NCBI GenBank assembly: GCA_944322715.1
Contig: CALUPT010000009.1
Location: 56,671-120,670 of the forward strand
Source of the DNA: an uncultured Bacteroidales bacterium
Lineage (GTDB): Bacteria; Bacteroidota; Bacteroidia; Bacteroidales; UBA932
DNA: 64,000 nt
Direction of reading: 5' to 3'
Part shown: positions 17,455-26,386 of the stretch, in pieces
Numbering within the stretch: position 1 is the stretch's first letter
Layout of the letters: the number at the start of each line of letters is the position of its first letter
Position numbers and translations under genes: made by a program
Notes under the pieces: model-generated
What the model saw: the letters and a program-made list of their open reading frames with translations, nothing else
Told to the model about the DNA's origin: nothing
The model's database searches: none

Positions 17455-19032
17455 CTACCTGTATCTGTTGAATACCTGCTCTATCATGATCTGTCTGTCA
17501 GGATACAGCTGTACCAGTTTTTCACGCAGTTTCTGCTTGTCCGTCACATCGCTCTGAAGAGCGGCCAGCAGCTGTGCCCTCGTCAGTCCCCTGTCTTCCA
17601 GATAGCGGAAAATCTGAGGATAGAACCATGATGATGTACCGTATGCCGGGACCTGTCCGCCGTATCTCTCCTTGTGCATCATGCTCTCTACATAGTATGC
17701 CCACATCTCGCCCACTTCGCAATGACCTGCATACTCTCCATCTCCGACCCCGTATGTCTCACCGCCGGTCTCAATGAAGGACTGGAGTATATAGCGGATA
17801 TAATTGTTCCAGTACCCTGTCCCGACCTGAGCGAAATGGCTGGAATGCGCAAGCTCGTGCACCGTACTGTCATACAGTTCCGCATAGCTGTCATGGTTCT
17901 GGGTTCCGATGGTTATGTCAGGGGCGAAGAACTTTATCAGGAGAGAGAACACTCCGAGGAAAGACTTGACAAGGGCATTGTCCACTATCGCTCCGTGGTG
18001 TATCATCACTGCGCTGCTTGCGGAAAGCGACTTGAAAAGCCATATCCTGAGGTCTCCCGGAGGAGCAGGCAGATTCATGTCGTCCGGAGAGCATCTGGAG
18101 ATATAGTCGTAGGCCGCATTGCTCACAACGGAACGCCTGTACAGCATGTCATCGCAAGCCCGGGAGACGGTGTAGTTTATTCCCTGGGCCGGACCTTTCC
18201 CGAGAGTGGAGACCGATGCAGGGACCAGGACAAGGTTGAAGCCGATGGAAAAGCCTGCCGCGTTCTTAAACACAAGCCTGTATCTCAACTTGGCCGAATA
18301 TCTCTTCGGTATAGTGTAGTATCCATCCCTGTCGGTATATGTGGACGAAAACTTGATGAATGTATTGCAAGAGACCCTGACCCCGGCAAGGCCGAACGGC
18401 TGTCCTCCGTTCGCATTTTCATCCACAATGGTTATCCTGCCTGTCGGATTGTATTTCGTAGCCTTGGTGAGGGCCGTCTCATCCAGCATGTCTTCATTCC
18501 CGGTAAGCCGGTAGGACTCCTTTTCCACCTCTTCCCAGTCTATGTCCGTCATGGCCTTGGTGGTCTCGCTGTTGTCGGCGAGGAAACATTCGTCAATTAT
18601 CTCGTATCTGATGCCATCCGGAAAGTCGAAATCCTTGTCCACTACAGCATATTGCCACGTGATGTTGTCTTCCCCTACGGAAGGGTCATGATAATAGTCC
18701 CCTTCCGCGACAATCTCATAATCCATCGGATGGTCGAGCATCTCCACGCCCATGTCCTCGAGCAGGTCGAACTCTTCCTGGTCGGCCGGCAGGAATCTCA
18801 CATACAGGTCCGTAGTCTGCACTATGTCCCTGGACTTTGTAGGATATACGGCAGAGAAGGCCGCTCTCGCATTCTCAGTCGTATAAGGATTGTCAAGACG
18901 GCTGCCCAGGACTATCATTCCGTGCTGCAGTCCGTCATCATGAAGGAAGCCGTCACTCCCGATATGCGTCCCCCCTTTGTCGCAGGACATCACAAGCAAC
19001 GCCGCTGCGAAGATTCCGATAAACTTTCTCAT
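17455..19032 (-). CDS. HExxH (zinc-metalloprotease-like) lipoprotein, first gene of the pilus operon
   Basis: LLVMSC lipobox. VHELAHSSHF motif with downstream acidic residues (GEMWAYYVE). Internal carboxypeptidase-regulatory-like beta segment (GRITIVDENANGGQPFGLAGVRVS...TDRDGYYTI). Confidence 0.55.
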   Translation of the reverse strand: MRKFIGIFAAALLVMSCDKGGTHIGSDGFLHDDGLQHGMIVLGSRLDNPYTTENARAAFSAVYPTKSRDIVQTTDLYVRFLPADQEEFDLLEDMGVEMLDHPMDYEIVAEGDYYHDPSVGEDNITWQYAVVDKDFDFPDGIRYEIIDECFLADNSETTKAMTDIDWEEVEKESYRLTGNEDMLDETALTKATKYNPTGRITIVDENANGGQPFGLAGVRVSCNTFIKFSSTYTDRDGYYTIPKRYSAKLRYRLVFKNAAGFSIGFNLVLVPASVSTLGKGPAQGINYTVSRACDDMLYRRSVVSNAAYDYISRCSPDDMNLPAPPGDLRIWLFKSLSASSAVMIHHGAIVDNALVKSFLGVFSLLIKFFAPDITIGTQNHDSYAELYDSTVHELAHSSHFAQVGTGYWNNYIRYILQSFIETGGETYGVGDGEYAGHCEVGEMWAYYVESMMHKERYGGQVPAYGTSSWFYPQIFRYLEDRGLTRAQLLAALQSDVTDKQKLREKLVQLYPDRQIMIEQVFNRYR

Positions 19033-19057
19033 GCTCCATATTTTTTGGTTACGGGGA

Positions 19058-19065
19058 CAAAAGTA
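19058..19065 (-). promoter_or_regulatory. TACTTTTG -7 box of the pilus operon
   Basis: The + strand CAAAAGTA lies 26 nt upstream of the ATG at 19032. Confidence 0.4.
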
Positions 19066-19193
19066 CCGGGATCTATCCGTGTTATGAAAAAAGAAACGTT
19101 TAAGTGAGAATATATGTCATACAGCCCGTCAGGATACGCCTTTTCCCGAACGGGAGAAAGGATTTCCGCACGAAATCCCCTTGCACGGGACAC

Positions 19194-19226
19194 GAAAAGC
19201 CCGCCGCATGATTCTCCGCGGCGGGC
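19194..19226 (-). terminator. rho-independent terminator after deoC
   Basis: The minus strand reads GCCCGCCGC-ggagaatcat-GCGGCGGGC followed by TTTTCG. Confidence 0.65.
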
Positions 19227-19257
19227 CTCAGTCATTATCCGTGTTTTATTTTTGTTG

Positions 19258-20151
19258 TCAGAACCAGTTGACCGTCTTCTGCGCGACTTCAGACAGAAGA
19301 CCGTTTGCAAGCCTGCTGACACCGAGGCGGAACAGGGATTTGTCAAGCCAGCCGCTGCCGAGAACCGCGGAAACTATGGAATAGTACGATATGGCATCCA
19401 TTGCGGTGGATATTCCGCCTGCAGGCTTGAAGCCCACCTTTCTGCCGGTGGCCTCGTGGTATTTCCGGATGCACTCGCACATCGTATATGCCGCGGCCGG
19501 AGTCGCGTTCACATCCACCTTACCGGTGGAAGTCTTTATGAAATCCGCACCCGATTCCATTGCAAGGAATGATGCCTCGGCTATAGCCTCGGCAGAGCCG
19601 AGAAGCCCGGTCTCGAGTATCACCTTGAGGATGACCTTCCTGCCGCAGGATGCCGCGACCCTGTCCACGGCGTTCCTGACAGCCACTATCTCCGCCGCCG
19701 CAGAATCATAGTCCCCATCCAAGAATGCATTGAGGGCCAGCACTATGTCGACTTCATCCGCACCGTTTTCCACGGCAAGTCCACACTCCCTCACCTTAAC
19801 CTCGAGATAGCTCTGCGATGAAGGAAAACATCCCGCGACAACCGTCACATGCACGTCCTCCGATTTTCTTGTCTGCCTGACGATTCCCGCAAAATTGGGA
19901 TATACGCACACTGAGGCGGGAAGAGGCCAGTCCGGATAGGTCAAGGGAAAATCATTCACTTTCCTGACCAGTCTCTCTATGGATGCAGGCGTATCATTGG
20001 TCCTGAGCGAAGTCAGGTCCATTACGGAAAAACAATCCTTCAGAACCTTTTCAGACCTGACCGTCTCAAGATTCCCGGCTATCCTGGATATGTCGCTGTC
20101 CATCCTTTCCCTGTCAGGGACATACCCGTATTTTTTCATCAGATCAACCAT
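19258..20151 (-). CDS. deoC: deoxyribose-phosphate aldolase
   Basis: DLTSL...VCVYP...GADEVDIV...KVILETGLL...GADFIKTSTGK, with the Schiff-base lysine in context. I chose the start at MVDLMKKYG so the gene does not overlap the upstream one. Confidence 0.85.
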   Translation of the reverse strand: MVDLMKKYGYVPDRERMDSDISRIAGNLETVRSEKVLKDCFSVMDLTSLRTNDTPASIERLVRKVNDFPLTYPDWPLPASVCVYPNFAGIVRQTRKSEDVHVTVVAGCFPSSQSYLEVKVRECGLAVENGADEVDIVLALNAFLDGDYDSAAAEIVAVRNAVDRVAASCGRKVILKVILETGLLGSAEAIAEASFLAMESGADFIKTSTGKVDVNATPAAAYTMCECIRKYHEATGRKVGFKPAGGISTAMDAISYYSIVSAVLGSGWLDKSLFRLGVSRLANGLLSEVAQKTVNWF

Positions 20152-20179
20152 ATCAATTAGTTTTATGAAAATCAGTAAA

Positions 20180-20941
20180 TCAGCCTCTGATCTGCACATG
20201 GTACCCCTCATCCACAAGAGGTTTCACCATACCGGACATCTGCTCCACGGTAAACTTCTCCAGCCCCTTCATGGGAGTCTCCCGGTCAAGGGTATATACC
20301 ATGATTTCCCTCGGTCCCAATTCCCTTACCGCATCCATCCATGCATTGAGATTCGCCGGGTCAGACGAATCATAACCGGGTGCCTTGAGAAACATCGTCT
20401 GGAGAATGAAATCCCCTTCGAACTTCTTCAGATGCCCAATCACTTCATGGACAGAATATTTCCCTGCCGGTCCGTTGACTGCCGCGACACCCGCATCGGT
20501 CGGGGCATCCAGCTTCAGGACAGGATTGTCGACTTTCTTCAGGGACAGCAGGATCTCCTCCCTCCCGAGCATGGTCGCATTGGAAAGTACGGAAACCCTG
20601 GCTTCCGGACACAGCCTGTCGCGCAAAGCAATCACGGTGTCGATAATTGAAGGAAAATCGGGATTGAGGGTAGGTTCCCCGTTTCCGGAAAATGTAATGG
20701 AATCAATGTGCGTCCCCTGCTCACGGCATTGCAGGAGCCTTGACTCCAGCGCTTTCCCGACATCGGCCGCCACAGGCATGACAGGATGGCGCACTACCCC
20801 ATCCCTGTTCCATCCGCACTCGCAATATATGCAGTCGAAATTGCAGAGCTTGCCGTCATGCGGGAGCAGGTTTATCCCCAAGGATGAACCGAGTCTCCTG
20901 CTATGTATGGGACCGAAAACTATATCATCAAAATGCAGCAT
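20180..20941 (-). CDS. radical SAM protein
   Basis: CNFDCIYC (CxxxCxxC) cluster motif near the N-terminus. 253 aa. Confidence 0.8.
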   Translation of the reverse strand: MLHFDDIVFGPIHSRRLGSSLGINLLPHDGKLCNFDCIYCECGWNRDGVVRHPVMPVAADVGKALESRLLQCREQGTHIDSITFSGNGEPTLNPDFPSIIDTVIALRDRLCPEARVSVLSNATMLGREEILLSLKKVDNPVLKLDAPTDAGVAAVNGPAGKYSVHEVIGHLKKFEGDFILQTMFLKAPGYDSSDPANLNAWMDAVRELGPREIMVYTLDRETPMKGLEKFTVEQMSGMVKPLVDEGYHVQIRG

Positions 20942-20969
20942 GACATGCAGTCGAAATCATAATGCCAGG

Positions 20970-22157
20970 TTACATCAGCCTTACCGACCGGCTGGCTCCG
21001 GTCAGCCTTCCGGACGCATCCACATCGGATATGCCCACTATGCCCGGGCATCTGCCCGGAAGCAGTGTCCCCAACTTCGCTTCCTTCCCGAGGAAACGGG
21101 CGCCGTTGAGGCATGCCCATGCCAGAATCTCGCCGGCGGGGACATCGGGGAAATTCTCCTGCAGACAGTATATCTCCCTGACCATGTCAAGGTCATCATT
21201 GCTTGACAGGGAATCCGTGCCTATGCAGATGTCGAGACCGAGTTTCCTCATAAGGGAGACAGGAGGCAGAGCATTGTGTATGAAAATGTTGGAAAGAGGG
21301 CACACTGCCCAGAAAGCATTGTGCAGCACTTCCAGCGCCGCCTTTGCAGCCTCTTCCGTAAGGCAGACATTATGGACAAGGAGGACATGTTCGTCAAACG
21401 GGGCGGCATGCACTGCAAGAAGCCTGTCCATGAAATACATGAGGGATGGCCGGCCCGTCACCGGAGGAGTGCTCATCCCCGCCCTGCGCCTGTTTTCAGC
21501 CAGTTCCCCCGTCCCGGCCGCAATCATTTCCTCTTCCTGCGGACTCTCCTGGGAATGATACGAAAGATAGCCTGTGGAAAGGCCTTCCGCTGCAGATGCC
21601 GTCACGAGCTGGGGACTCATGGTATAGCAGGCATGAGGGGTAATCGAAGCATCCAAGCCGTATTCCACGGCTTCCCGTCTGAGATTCCGGGCGTTTTCAA
21701 TCACATTCGCGCAATCCTCCGGCTCGGTGCCGAATACCTCTATGAAAGTCCTCGTGTACATCGGAGACACTGACTTCACTGCAAGACTGTCATTGCAGTT
21801 CGATATGTCGGCCATGGCGGAGACCCCCGATTTCCACATCCTGTCCATTTCTTCTGACAGCATCCTTATCCTGTCTTCCCGGGACGAACTGTCACGCAGC
21901 GCATTGATCTGGTCTATGAATCCGGCCATCCCGGAACCTTTCCTGAACTTTCCCTTGAGATGCGACAGTTCTATATGACAATGGGCATTGACAAATCCCG
22001 GAGTGACAGCCCCATTCCAGAAGTAGGGTTCGGATGCAATGTCTTCACTCTTCCCTATCCTGATGACGGTGCCATCATCCTCCACCTCGACAAAACCGTT
22101 TTCCACAGGATCACGGCCATCAAGCACATACAAATATTTTGCAGCAATCCTTCTCAT
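20970..22157 (-). CDS. amidohydrolase family protein (chlorohydrolase/deaminase-like)
   Basis: GFVNAHCHIELSHL metal-binding HxH motif. Start at MRRIAAKYLYV (22157) overlaps the upstream stop (ATGA). Confidence 0.75.
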   Translation of the reverse strand: MRRIAAKYLYVLDGRDPVENGFVEVEDDGTVIRIGKSEDIASEPYFWNGAVTPGFVNAHCHIELSHLKGKFRKGSGMAGFIDQINALRDSSSREDRIRMLSEEMDRMWKSGVSAMADISNCNDSLAVKSVSPMYTRTFIEVFGTEPEDCANVIENARNLRREAVEYGLDASITPHACYTMSPQLVTASAAEGLSTGYLSYHSQESPQEEEMIAAGTGELAENRRRAGMSTPPVTGRPSLMYFMDRLLAVHAAPFDEHVLLVHNVCLTEEAAKAALEVLHNAFWAVCPLSNIFIHNALPPVSLMRKLGLDICIGTDSLSSNDDLDMVREIYCLQENFPDVPAGEILAWACLNGARFLGKEAKLGTLLPGRCPGIVGISDVDASGRLTGASRSVRLM

Positions 22158-22771
22158 CGCATTTCCCGTATATCCTCCTTTCCATCCACGGCAGCAACGC
22201 TGTCTGCCGGGACAGCAATACTGTCCGCGGCTACGGTCATGACAGGGCCGAAAAATGCCGTATCGAGCCATGTCCTCGCATCGAAATACTGTGGTCCTCC
22301 GGCGGAATCGATATAGAATCCCAATGAATCCTCACGAAAGACAGATGGGCTGCCGACACCTGTCATATAGAACACCTTCTCGGGACGGTATTTCTCCAGG
22401 AGGGTCAGGGCCTCTTCTATCGGAGCCAGAGCCGCTTTCCGCCTTTTAAGATCAGCTATCTCCTCTTCGAGGATAATGGATGTCTCGCGGAGAATCTTCG
22501 CAAACCTGTCCGCATCCCGGATATAATACTCCATGCTCGCCATGTAGTCGGCCGATGTATAGCCGTATTTCTCGAAGATAGGCTCATAGACATAACTCGT
22601 GTCGGCCATGGACCTTGCCTTCCTGTCCTGACCTATGCGCTGGTCAGCCACAAACATTTCCGCATATATCCTCGAAAGCTTGTCCCTCGGTATGACCCTG
22701 CCCTCTTCTGAAGAGCAGGACCACAGAAGGACAGCCGCCGCCAGCGCCGCATATAATGGTGACAGACGCAT
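22154..22771 (-). CDS. DUF4296 domain lipoprotein
   Basis: MRLSPLYAALAAAVLLWSCS lipobox, then IPRDKLSRIYAEMFVADQ, typical of DUF4296. Confidence 0.6.
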   Translation of the reverse strand: MRLSPLYAALAAAVLLWSCSSEEGRVIPRDKLSRIYAEMFVADQRIGQDRKARSMADTSYVYEPIFEKYGYTSADYMASMEYYIRDADRFAKILRETSIILEEEIADLKRRKAALAPIEEALTLLEKYRPEKVFYMTGVGSPSVFREDSLGFYIDSAGGPQYFDARTWLDTAFFGPVMTVAADSIAVPADSVAAVDGKEDIREMR

Positions 22772-22772
22772 G

Positions 22773-25244
22773 TTATCTGAGGGAAGCGCCGAATTCGGAA
22801 GAAAACGCAGACATGAGCTTCCCGATGAACCTGTCCACATCCGCATCCGTCAGGGTCTTGTCCATATCCTGAAGCACAAGGCTCAAAGCATACTGCTTCT
22901 TGCCTGCCGGGATCCTGTCCCCTCTGTAGACATCGAAAAGGTTCAGATGCCTCAGGAGCTTCTTTCCGGTCCTGAACGCAGTCTTGCGCAAAGCGGAATA
23001 GGAGACTCCCTCATCCAAAAGAAGTGCGAGATCCCTCCTTACTTCAGGGAATCTCGGGAGCTCCCTGTACTGTATCCTGTCTCTCTTTACAAGGGTGAAG
23101 AGTGCATCCCAACTGATCTCGGCGGCAAAGACTGGCTGACGGATGCCGAACTGCTTAAGCCGCGCCGGAGCTATCGTACCCATCACCGCAAGAGTCTCTC
23201 CGCTTCCCGGGAGCCTGTACACCAGCCCCTCGGAAAAAATGTCGCCTGGAGCCGCATCGTATTCCATATTGTAGAGGTCCGCCCCGAAACGCCTGAGCAG
23301 AAGTTCAAGATAACCTTTCAGCTGGAAATAGTCGCTCTTCCCGGCATCCGCCCTCCAGACCTTTTCCGGTGCGCCTGTCATGAACATTGCATAGCATGAA
23401 TGCTCATCGTAGGAATCCACCGTGGACCCATCCATGCCCGGTTTCAGGGAATATACGGATCCGTACTCGAAAGTCCGCAGCCCCGTCATCTGCCGGTTGA
23501 TGTTGTATGCTATCACCTCCAGTCCGCCAAGAAGCAGGGTCTGCCTCATGACATTCAGATCTGAACTCAGAGGATTCAGTATCCTGACGCATTTCTCTTC
23601 AGGGAATGTCTTGAGATGGGAATAGTATCCGGACTTCGTGAGGGAATTGTTCATCGTCTCCACAAAGCCGTTCGCCGCAAGGAAATCCGATATCGTGTTC
23701 CTCACCTTCTCCGGCTCCGGACTTGCAGACGCGTTCACCGACATCCTCACGCCGGCAGGAAGCTCGATATTGTTGTACCCGTATATCCTCAGTATCTCCT
23801 CCACGACATCGCACTCCCTGTAGACATCCACCATATAGGACGGGACAGCGACCCTGGCCCCTCCCGGTCTCTTCTCAAGGAAGTCGTATGCCAGATATGT
23901 CAGGATATTCTCTATGGTTTCATGTCCTATCTTCTTGCCGATGAAAGTCTCTATCCTGTCATAGTCCAGATCCACGGTCTTCTTTTCGAATTTTCTCGCC
24001 ATGGCTTTCTGCACCTTGCCCACCACATGTCCTCCGGCAAGTCCGCAGATGAGCAGGGCGGCACGTTTTCCGGCCCATTCGGTGACAAGAGGATCCGCAC
24101 CTCTCTCATATCTGAAGGAAGCATCCGTCTTCAGTCCGTGTCTCTTGGAACTCATCCTGATGGACACCGGATCGAAATATGCGCTCTCGAGGAACACGGT
24201 ATCCGTAGTCTCCACCGTTCCGGACTCCTCTCCGCCGAACACTCCTGCAAGACACATGGGCTTCACGGTATCCGCTATCATGAGATCCTCCGCCGAAAGG
24301 GTGCGCTCCACTCCATCAAGAGTGACGAACTTCTCTCCTTCGGCAGCCCTGCGGACCACGACCTTCCTCCCCGCTATCTTCGATGCATCGAACGCGTGGA
24401 GCGGCTGGCCGATCTCCATAAGCACGAAATTGGTTATGTCGACCACATTGTTGATAGGACGGAGCCCGACAGCCCTGAGCCGCTTCTGCATCCAGTCCGG
24501 AGATGGTCCCACCTTGACGCCTGCTATCGTCGTGCCGGTATATTCCGGCGCTCCATCCGGAGCCTGCACATCGACAGGAATCGCCCCATCCGTTTCCGAA
24601 GCATCGGAACACAGGCCCTCGGGGCCTTCCGCAAAGACGGACACATCCGGGATATTGAGGCGGCAAGGAATATCGTTCAGTTTCAGCCATGCATACAGGT
24701 CGCGGGCAACACCTATGTGTGATGCCGCATCCACCCTGTTTGCCGTCAGGCCGATCTCTATGACAGTATCGGATTCGAGATGAAGATAATCCTTTGCAGG
24801 AGTACCCACGACCGCATCCGGTTCGAGCACCATGATACCGTCATGCGATGTACCTATACCGAGTTCATCCTCGGCGCATATCATACCGAATGAGTCCACA
24901 CCCCTGATCCTCGACTTCTTGATCTTGAAATCCTCTCCGAGGACAGTACCCACCGTAGCAAGCAGGACCTTCTGTCCGACCGCAACGTTAGGGGCGCCGC
25001 ACACTACCTGCAACAGTTCCGGAGCTCCGGTATTTACCTTCGTAATATGGAGGTGATCCGAATCGGGATGATCGGTACATTCCACGACCTCCGCCACAAT
25101 CACACCCTCGAGACCTCCCGGAATCTCCTCGACGGTCTCTATGGAATCGACCTCAAGACCTATGGAAGTCAATGCATCAGCCACCTGCTGCGGCGTAAGG
25201 CCGCACTCGATATAATCCTTCAGCCAGTTATAGGAAATCTTCAT
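22773..25244 (-). CDS. pheT: phenylalanine--tRNA ligase subunit beta
   Basis: MKISYNWLKDYI... N-terminus with tRNA-binding, B3/4, B5 and FDX-ACB regions recognisable. 823 aa. Confidence 0.95.
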   Translation of the reverse strand: MKISYNWLKDYIECGLTPQQVADALTSIGLEVDSIETVEEIPGGLEGVIVAEVVECTDHPDSDHLHITKVNTGAPELLQVVCGAPNVAVGQKVLLATVGTVLGEDFKIKKSRIRGVDSFGMICAEDELGIGTSHDGIMVLEPDAVVGTPAKDYLHLESDTVIEIGLTANRVDAASHIGVARDLYAWLKLNDIPCRLNIPDVSVFAEGPEGLCSDASETDGAIPVDVQAPDGAPEYTGTTIAGVKVGPSPDWMQKRLRAVGLRPINNVVDITNFVLMEIGQPLHAFDASKIAGRKVVVRRAAEGEKFVTLDGVERTLSAEDLMIADTVKPMCLAGVFGGEESGTVETTDTVFLESAYFDPVSIRMSSKRHGLKTDASFRYERGADPLVTEWAGKRAALLICGLAGGHVVGKVQKAMARKFEKKTVDLDYDRIETFIGKKIGHETIENILTYLAYDFLEKRPGGARVAVPSYMVDVYRECDVVEEILRIYGYNNIELPAGVRMSVNASASPEPEKVRNTISDFLAANGFVETMNNSLTKSGYYSHLKTFPEEKCVRILNPLSSDLNVMRQTLLLGGLEVIAYNINRQMTGLRTFEYGSVYSLKPGMDGSTVDSYDEHSCYAMFMTGAPEKVWRADAGKSDYFQLKGYLELLLRRFGADLYNMEYDAAPGDIFSEGLVYRLPGSGETLAVMGTIAPARLKQFGIRQPVFAAEISWDALFTLVKRDRIQYRELPRFPEVRRDLALLLDEGVSYSALRKTAFRTGKKLLRHLNLFDVYRGDRIPAGKKQYALSLVLQDMDKTLTDADVDRFIGKLMSAFSSEFGASLR

Positions 25245-25315
25245 ATCTCTTGTCTTTTATTGCCAATACATGTCATAATACGGCGAAACGGCAATTGCCT
25301 GCGCCGCAACGGCGA

Positions 25316-25323
25316 CAAAGATA
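25316..25323 (-). promoter_or_regulatory. TATCTTTG -7 box upstream of pheT
   Basis: The + strand CAAAGATA lies 72 nt upstream of the ATG at 25244. Confidence 0.3.
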
Positions 25324-25437
25324 CTAATTTATTGTCACATTTCCACCGGAATACCGGTGTTTTGCCTCAGGGCCGGCCGTAACAGGAAATCCATGCCGCC
25401 GGCAGCCGCAGAATAAGGAAACCCATACGGCACAATA

Positions 25438-25468
25438 ATGAAAGCCGGACAGGAAATCCCTGCCCGGC
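25438..25468 (-). terminator. hairpin terminator after the CarboxypepD_reg gene
   Basis: The minus strand reads GCCGGGCAGG-gattt-CCTGTCCGGC followed by TTTCATTATT. Confidence 0.5.
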
Positions 25469-25491
25469 AGACACAATCTCATGATAAAAGG

Positions 25492-26164
25492 CTATCTTGT
25501 CAACCCGAGGACAAACTGATACCTTACGATATAACCTCCGGAACCAGAAGGAGGGCTATCCGCGAATGCATAGAAACCAAAACCGGTTACAGGATCTTCA
25601 GCGGCTGTCCATACACCGTTGTCTACAGCCTCCAGCTCCGGCGAGTCATCAGACATGTTGAATATAAGGTCAAGGCCATATCCCTCTGTCCAGGAATAGG
25701 TTCCTCCGCTTGTCCGCGCGCACACACAGACATATTTCGCCCCACTCATGCCTACATACTGGAATACCATTGTCAACTTGCCTGCCTCCTCGTCATAACC
25801 CAGTTCTATGTCGTATTCCAGACCGGACATTATATATCCTGTCCCATCCTCATTCTCCGAAAGGGTGACATCCTTCTCTATGACCGTACCTCCATCAGAT
25901 GTGCTGTACCGGAACTTCCACAAGCTTATAACCCAGATACGAAATGATAAGTTGCCCCCCCTGAGGAGCCTTCAAAGAGAAATTTCCGTCGACATCAGTA
26001 ATGACACCGACATTGTCAGCACCTTCCAGCAAAATTGCTGCACCGATGGCCGGTTCGCCATTATCGTCAACGACACGGCCCCGCACTTCAATCTCCTGCT
26101 GCTGCGCAGAAAGACAGACAGCAGAGAATGTGCAGAAAAACAGCAAGAAAATTTTTCTGACCAT
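25492..26164 (-). pseudogene. secreted carboxypeptidase-regulatory-like domain protein, apparently frameshifted
   Basis: ORF 25895-26164 has a signal peptide and a CarboxypepD_reg motif (VRGRVVDDNGEPAIGAAILLEG...GNFSLKAPQGGQLIISYLGYKLVEVPV), then stops. A second frame continues SDGGTVIEKDVTLSENE... to 25492 without a credible start of its own. Confidence 0.5.
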
Positions 26165-26280
26165 AGGCTGGTTGAATTAATTGTTAATAATATATAATAA
26201 TGTCGTCCTGTGTCTATCAGAATAGCTTTCCGGAGGATAAAATTAGAAATTGGGAATCAGAAAAACAAGCAGAAAATACA

Positions 26281-26319
26281 AAAAAAATGCGCCCTGTTAC
26301 AGTATAGAGCGCATTTTTT
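26281..26319. terminator. bidirectional A/T-flanked hairpin after ftsY
   Basis: AAAAAAATGCGC-16 nt-GCGCATTTTTT, read directly. Confidence 0.5.
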
Positions 26320-26386
26320 AAATATGACTTTCAATATGTAACCTTATTGCGGTATCCCGTTAAAATCCGGAACCGGTCCATCCGGG

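Noticed and set aside
17674-19107. Very long ORFs antisense to confidently assigned genes. Examples: 17674-19107 (477 aa), 16296-17471, 15257-16123, 28056-29072, 30678-31778, 35543-36682, 38837-39913, 42512-43537, 49238-50503, 23616-24722 and 57220-58014.
   Set aside because: Each lies entirely opposite a gene with clear family motifs. Their translations are Arg/Pro/His-rich low-information sequence. These are shadow ORFs expected from GC-rich third-position codon bias, not overlapping genes.
19074-19245. 10-nt repeat TATCCGTGTT at 19074-19083 and 19236-19245 flanking the pilus promoter region, considered as an invertible-promoter signature.
   Set aside because: The copies are direct, not inverted. 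The second lies beyond the deoC terminator. No recombinase gene is nearby, and a 10-mer match is weak evidence.
25955-25961. G7/C7 tract as the cause of the CarboxypepD_reg gene frameshift.
   Set aside because: With the tract as written the frame encodes the conserved ...QLIISYLGYKLVEVPV motif. Shortening or lengthening the tract destroys that motif. The frame break must lie about 40 nt downstream.
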